Below are positions 6,050 to 10,383 of a DNA stretch of 10,383 nucleotides, piece by piece. This DNA comes from Candidatus Helarchaeota ASGARD archaeon Hel_GB_B (lineage in GTDB: Archaea; Asgardarchaeota; Lokiarchaeia; Helarchaeales; HEL-GB-B). Numbering within the stretch: the first letter of the stretch is position 1; each line of letters starts with the position of its first letter. Under the pieces are notes generated by a model. The model searched no databases, was not told the DNA's origin, and saw nothing but the letters and a program-made list of their open reading frames with translations. The DNA is taken from assembly GCA_005191425.1 (NCBI GenBank), contig SUPR01000107.1, positions 1 to 10,383 on the forward strand. The letters run 5' to 3'. The translations under genes and the position numbers were made by a program.

Positions 6050-7548
6050 TAAATTTCCTCCCGATTTTTTATAATCAAATTTAACTCATTTGATGTAAAT
6101 TCATGAATTTGATCATTCATATCCCGACACGATAAGATTATTTCTTTAATTATTGCTTTTCCAGGCCTTAAAGCTTTAAATTTATAACTCATTTTTATAT
6201 TTTCACTCGGAACAAATTTGAAAACTTGGAATGGTCCTTGTTCAACTATTTCGATTAAATTTTTTGGCTTATAAGATATCTTTTTTATTTCTAAATTATT
6301 AAATGTATTCTTACTTTTATTTGTAATCCGAACTTCTATTTCAAAAATAGTTTGTTCGATAATTTCTTTTCTGGGAGAAATTAATTTTACTTCTATTAAA
6401 CTATTTCTAATAAATTTAATTACCAAATTGATCAAATTTTTAAATTTTTTATCCGTAATTTTTAAGTTATGAGCAATAATTTCAATTTCTGCCCAATCAA
6501 AATCATAAATTGCCCTAAATAATGCCCCTAATTCCTTATTTTTTACCTTATCAATTAATACTAAAATTGAATCAAAATCTTGGGCTAAAATATAATAACA
6601 AATTGTATATTCCAAATAAATTTCTTTTTTATATTCATCTGTCATATCTAAATTAGAGTACATCACCTTATAAATTTTAGAAAAAAGTTTGTTCAAATTT
6701 TGAGTTCCAAGGTTTTCCATCAATAATTTAAGAAATTCCTTGCTTTCCTCCTCATTAAACAGGACAATATTATATCTATCAAAATTTAATATCAATTTTA
6801 TTATTTTCAAAATCTTTTCTTTGTTAAATAAATTTAAATCATAAGGAATATCCTCAACTGAATACCAAATTTCTTTTAATTCATCTTTTTCTCCTTCTTT
6901 TAAAAAATGAAATGTCGCTAAAAGACAGACCTGTAATTTTATTTTTTCAGACAGGAAATTAGGGACAAATAGCATAAATACTTCTCGATATAATATAATT
7001 TTTAGTTTATTATTTAAATATTCATCACTTAAAATAATCTCATCGCTTTTTACTTCAATAATACCAAATCTTAAGTTGTTTAATGATTGACCATTAAGAA
7101 AAGAAATATACGGTAAATTTTTAATTTTAATATCTAAAAATTTGGAAACTTGATGATATATTTTATGGAAATCTTGGTTAATTTGATTTCTTATATCATC
7201 AAATGTTATAACTTTTGGTTTTGGTCTAACAATCTTATATATAATATCTGTATACTTCTTAATCTTTTTTTCAATCGGCCCAAACTCCTTTTTAGAATAA
7301 TTTTGACCTCCAACTATCCTGGCATCCTCACTAATCTGATAAATCCTATATTCTGTTTCGTAATTTAATACCATTAAATATGGAATTCTTTTCTCCCTCT
7401 TAAGGACCCTAACTTTAGGCCCAAAACCGCGCCTTAATATCTGCATATTTTTTGCTCGTCTAATTTCTAATCTGTCTGGGCGCTTATTTTTAAATTCTTT
7501 AATTGCTATCTCTTTTAAAATTTTAGGTATATCTCTACTTTTAATCAT
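6049..7548 (-). CDS. Hypothetical multidomain protein (499 aa): basic N-terminal domain, helical middle region, C-terminal Ig-like beta-sandwich
   Basis: 1.5-kb open frame with GTGA upstream of the ATG and a stop that overlaps the radA start. The last ~110 aa show alternating beta-strand patterns (FEIEVRITNKS..., MSYKFKALRPGKAIIKEIILSCRD...SNELNLII). No signal peptide or TM segment is apparent. Confidence 0.85.
   Translation of the reverse strand: MIKSRDIPKILKEIAIKEFKNKRPDRLEIRRAKNMQILRRGFGPKVRVLKREKRIPYLMVLNYETEYRIYQISEDARIVGGQNYSKKEFGPIEKKIKKYTDIIYKIVRPKPKVITFDDIRNQINQDFHKIYHQVSKFLDIKIKNLPYISFLNGQSLNNLRFGIIEVKSDEIILSDEYLNNKLKIILYREVFMLFVPNFLSEKIKLQVCLLATFHFLKEGEKDELKEIWYSVEDIPYDLNLFNKEKILKIIKLILNFDRYNIVLFNEEESKEFLKLLMENLGTQNLNKLFSKIYKVMYSNLDMTDEYKKEIYLEYTICYYILAQDFDSILVLIDKVKNKELGALFRAIYDFDWAEIEIIAHNLKITDKKFKNLINLVIKFIRNSLIEVKLISPRKEIIEQTIFEIEVRITNKSKNTFNNLEIKKISYKPKNLIEIVEQGPFQVFKFVPSENIKMSYKFKALRPGKAIIKEIILSCRDMNDQIHEFTSNELNLIIKNREEI
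6057..6061 (-). promoter_or_regulatory. Shine-Dalgarno GGAGG for the radA paralog
   Basis: The minus strand reads GGGAGGAAATTTAATG. GGAGG lies 7 nt before the ATG, and the ATG overlaps the TAA of the upstream gene. Confidence 0.75.
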
Positions 7549-8003
7549 TTATATTCACATTTTATAATTTTAATCGTCCATAAAATAAATGCAATTAAAG
7601 GTCTAAATTATTCTAAATAAACTCAATTTTAAATAAATATTATTGAATTGCTTCATTTTAATTTATAATCTTCATATTTAATTTTGATTAAAAAAATCTT
7701 CAATATGAAATAAATGTGATAAAAAAATTTTTTTCTTATATTAATAATCAAATATTCTAAAATTTTTTAATATTTTTTAATTTAGAAAAACATCTGATTA
7801 GTTTTCAAATTACAAGATTTTATAATCGTTTATAAAATAATATTTTCAAATAAATTAATTCAAATCACATAATTATTAAAAAATTTTCAAAAAATCTTTT
7901 AATTTGTTATCAAAATAATATTAACATCATATCTATTCATATTAATACTAATCAAATATAACAATAAAGCTCTATTTTAGGATTTTTACCATCTTATAAC
8001 TGT

Positions 8004-8008
8004 GTGAT
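8004..8008 (+). promoter_or_regulatory. Shine-Dalgarno-like GTGAT before the TTG start of the kinase
   Basis: GTGAT, part of the archaeal GGAGGTGAT consensus, ends 4 nt before TTG 8013. The first in-frame ATG is well inside PAS domain 1. Confidence 0.5.
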
Positions 8009-8012
8009 TTAA

Positions 8013-9548
8013 TTGTTAAACGAGCCAACAATTTCGTCAGAATTAGAATCGGTTTTCGGTGATTTAGAAAACAGTTTAGATGGTATTTTTGTATTGGACA
8101 TAAATAATCATACCTTAATTTATGTAAATAAAACTTTTGCGGATTTAATTGGTTTTAGTAAAGAAAGTTTAATCAATATAAATTTCTTGGATTTAATTCA
8201 CCCACATGATAAGAAAAAATTTTTGAAGTTCATCACAAAAATAAATAAATTAAATATGCGACAGAAATATTTTTCCCTCAAAGTATTAAATTCTTTAAAA
8301 AATACGATTGATGTAGAAATTGTGGGGACATTATTTGGTTCAAGAAAGAAGAAGACTCTTTTTTTTGGTATTATGAGAGATATTACTAAGACTAAACGCC
8401 TTGAAACAGCTTTTATAAAGCGAGAAATCGACTTTAAAGATATAAGCGAATCAATTAACGATGCTATTTGTATTATAAAAACAAATGGTAAGTTTATTTA
8501 TGTTTCCCCTCGTCTGCCAGTCATTTTAGGGGGTAAAACTATTGGGGACGATTTCTATAAATTAATCCATCCTGATGACCTTTCATATGTTGTTAAAAAA
8601 TTGAAGAATTCAATAAAAAATAAGAATTTGATCTATTTAGAGAGTATTCAATTTAGGGCAACTCACTCAAAATTAGGATATATCTGGTTAGAAGCTAATA
8701 CAAGAAAATATTTTGAAAATAATGAAATTCTAATTGGTTTTTTAATAGTATTAAGAGATATCCATGAAAGAAAATTACTTGAAGAAGAATTAAAAAGATA
8801 TCATAGAGAACTTGAAGAAAAAAATAGGGCACTTAGAGAAGCTGATGAATTAAAATCTAATTTTCTAAGTAATTCAGCTCATGAACTATTAACTCCTCTT
8901 ATTTCCATCAAGGGATTCACTGAATTGTTTTTAAAATATAACAAATTAACCGAAGACCAAATAAATGATATATTAACCATTCAAAGAAATACTGAACGCC
9001 TTATTTTTTTAGTAAATAATATATTAGATGTTTCAGAATTGGAGTCTGATAAAGTCATCATTAAAAAAGATAGGTTTGATATTAAAAAACTAGTTCTAGA
9101 ATGTCTTGATGAGGTTAAATTTAAATTAGAAGATAGGAAACAAAAAATTAACCTAGAATTACCTGAAAATGAAGTAATGGTCGTTGCTGACAATAAAAGA
9201 ATACGTCAATTACTGATTAATTTAATGGATAATGCCATTAAATTTACTCAATATAATGGGAATATAGGGATATGTCTAAGAGAAGAGGACGATAAAGTCC
9301 ATTTTTGTATTAAAGACACTGGAATTGGTCTCACCAGTAATGAAATAAACAAATTATTCAGACGATTTGGGAAAGTTTATTCAACTGATTGTAATTTTAA
9401 AGTCGATTCTAGCGGCACTGGATTAGGTCTTTTTATCTGTAAACATATTGTTGAAAAACATAACGGCAAAATATGGGCATTTTCCGATGGTAAAAATAGA
9501 GGAGCTGAATTTCATTTTCTTATTAACAAATTTCTTCCACAATTATAA
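8013..9548 (+). CDS. Cytoplasmic PAS-PAS sensor histidine kinase (HisKA + HATPase_c)
   Basis: Two PAS domains (LIHPHD...RDIT and IHPDD...RDIHERK) and a coiled-coil linker. H-box SAHELLTPL (His codon 8880-8882), N-box INLMDNAIKFT, G1 DTGIG, G2 GTGLGLFIC..IVEKHNG. No TM helices. TTG start. Confidence 0.95.
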   Translation: MLNEPTISSELESVFGDLENSLDGIFVLDINNHTLIYVNKTFADLIGFSKESLININFLDLIHPHDKKKFLKFITKINKLNMRQKYFSLKVLNSLKNTIDVEIVGTLFGSRKKKTLFFGIMRDITKTKRLETAFIKREIDFKDISESINDAICIIKTNGKFIYVSPRLPVILGGKTIGDDFYKLIHPDDLSYVVKKLKNSIKNKNLIYLESIQFRATHSKLGYIWLEANTRKYFENNEILIGFLIVLRDIHERKLLEEELKRYHRELEEKNRALREADELKSNFLSNSAHELLTPLISIKGFTELFLKYNKLTEDQINDILTIQRNTERLIFLVNNILDVSELESDKVIIKKDRFDIKKLVLECLDEVKFKLEDRKQKINLELPENEVMVVADNKRIRQLLINLMDNAIKFTQYNGNIGICLREEDDKVHFCIKDTGIGLTSNEINKLFRRFGKVYSTDCNFKVDSSGTGLGLFICKHIVEKHNGKIWAFSDGKNRGAEFHFLINKFLPQL

Positions 9549-9553
9549 TAACA

Positions 9554-9561
9554 TTTTTTTT
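9554..9561 (+). terminator. Candidate oligo-T terminator of the kinase gene
   Basis: T8 run 5 nt after the TAA stop. Confidence 0.5.
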
Positions 9562-9749
9562 AATTATTTAATTGACTCACAATTTCTTAAATATCTTATA
9601 TAATTAGATTTCTAAGTTCTATCTATTCTATATTTTAAATTAAAATTCCCCTCTTCTTTCTTATATTTTAACGACAAATAAATTTAATAATTGTATTTTA
9701 AAAATTGTCTATCATAATTTTCATTAAATATAAATCAAACTTTCCTTAG

Positions 9750-10383
9750 ATCAATTTTAGTATTCAATCAAAAAACTTCAGAATATTTATAGAATGGGTC
9801 TATGTAGACTTTATAGACTTGGAATTGCCATATATAAGTCGAAGTGCATCAAAAAATGGAGAAATTGGATATTATGAAAAACAACCTGTAATGCTTGGAA
9901 ATTCCTATTATTCAGAAAATACTGACATAGAGGTCTCTGATTTAAAAAATTACACTAACGAAGATAATTCTTCTGAACCACCTGAATCTATTACCGATGA
10001 GGAACTATCATCATTTATAACTGGCATGGACTTAAGTCTTACTATTTTCACAATTTTATTTGGTATCTTGGGCATAGCTTCCGATATTAATGAAAAGTGG
10101 GGTAAAATTACACTCGGTATCCTTATTTTATCTGCTGTTTTATTAGGCATAGGAATTTTATTACCGCTGGTGTCGCTACACCAGGAGCTGATAACTTCTG
10201 ACAAGATTTTTCTGTTAGGCGGTATTATTCTCGGGATGATCATCGCCGGAATAATAATGCGTGGTTTCATGAAAATAGGATACCATGAGGTCAAAGATAA
10301 GATAAAGGCAACCGCAAATTTAGCGGCGGTAATTTTGGGGTTAATTTGTGAGGTCATCAATATTATATTTAGACCATTGATAA
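9750..10383 (+). CDS. Multi-pass membrane protein, 3'-partial, start uncertain (not in the ORF track)
   Basis: The frame is open from 9750 (after TAG 9747-9749) to the window end: ...IEWVYVDFIDLELPYISRS...NEDNSSEPPESITDEELSSFITGMDLSLTIFTILFGILGIAS...ITLGILILSAVLLGIGILLPLV...IFLLGGIILGMIIAGIIM...NLAAVILGLICEVINIIFRPLI. It has four hydrophobic segments. Possible starts are TTG 9819/9825 or ATG 9891. Confidence 0.75.
   Translation, partial: MNFSIQSKNFRIFIEWVYVDFIDLELPYISRSASKNGEIGYYEKQPVMLGNSYYSENTDIEVSDLKNYTNEDNSSEPPESITDEELSSFITGMDLSLTIFTILFGILGIASDINEKWGKITLGILILSAVLLGIGILLPLVSLHQELITSDKIFLLGGIILGMIIAGIIMRGFMKIGYHEVKDKIKATANLAAVILGLICEVINIIFRPLI

Noticed and set aside
7150-7368. 72-aa plus-strand ORF
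   Set aside because: Antisense shadow inside the 499-aa gene, with the I/L/F/N-rich composition typical of AT-rich non-coding frames.
7220-7548. Idea that the RadA partner's N-domain is a SWIM protein (Shu complex SWS1-like, partner of RAD51 paralogs)
   Set aside because: There is a vague beta-strand resemblance, but the defining CxC...CxH zinc ligands are absent, so the call cannot be supported.
8981-9193. 70-aa minus-strand ORF
   Set aside because: Antisense shadow inside the histidine kinase.
9702-9749. Possible amber (pyrrolysine) readthrough of TAG 9747 extending the last ORF to TTG 9705
   Set aside because: It adds only about 15 low-complexity codons before a TAA, which is expected by chance. 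No pyl genes are in view.
9794-9877. Small ORF MGLCRLYRLGIAIYKSKCIKKWRNWIL
   Set aside because: 27 codons in an alternative frame overlapping the longer membrane ORF, with no SD or other support.
10167-10184. GC-rich hairpin CTGGTGT-CGCT-ACACCAG
   Set aside because: A single 7-bp stem inside a coding region with no T-tract or second copy, so likely chance.
9950-10360. ORF-track 136-aa minus-strand ORF
   Set aside because: Its Ile/Pro/Lys-rich sequence is the antisense shadow of the plus-strand membrane ORF, which is longer and has coherent TM helices.
1-10383. CRISPR array, tRNA/rRNA, transposase or integrase
   Set aside because: I saw no regularly spaced repeats, no GC-rich structured RNA-like segment and no DDE/tyrosine recombinase motifs.

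Overview
Very AT-rich archaeal DNA, most consistent with an Asgard archaeon (Loki/Hel-like). This is an inference from a full-length RadA/Rad51-family gene, an Rpn11/CSN5-type JAMM protease, a HEPN-MNT pair, a soluble PAS-PAS histidine kinase and archaeal-style SD motifs. Left to right: radical SAM enzyme (-), conserved hypothetical (+), HEPN + MNT module (+), JAMM/MPN+ protease (+), then a minus-strand run of four genes (transcription order: 499-aa multidomain protein with a C-terminal Ig-like domain, RadA paralog, HisA/HisF-related TIM barrel, YbjN/T3SS-chaperone-like protein). These are followed by a PAS-PAS histidine kinase (+) and a 3'-truncated multi-pass membrane ORF (+) that the ORF track missed. 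I see no RNA genes, CRISPR array or transposase. The most notable item is a RadA that keeps its ATPase and polymerisation motifs but has altered DNA-binding surfaces, and whose start codon overlaps the stop of an uncharacterised multidomain protein. All family calls are from motif recognition by eye, not database searches.
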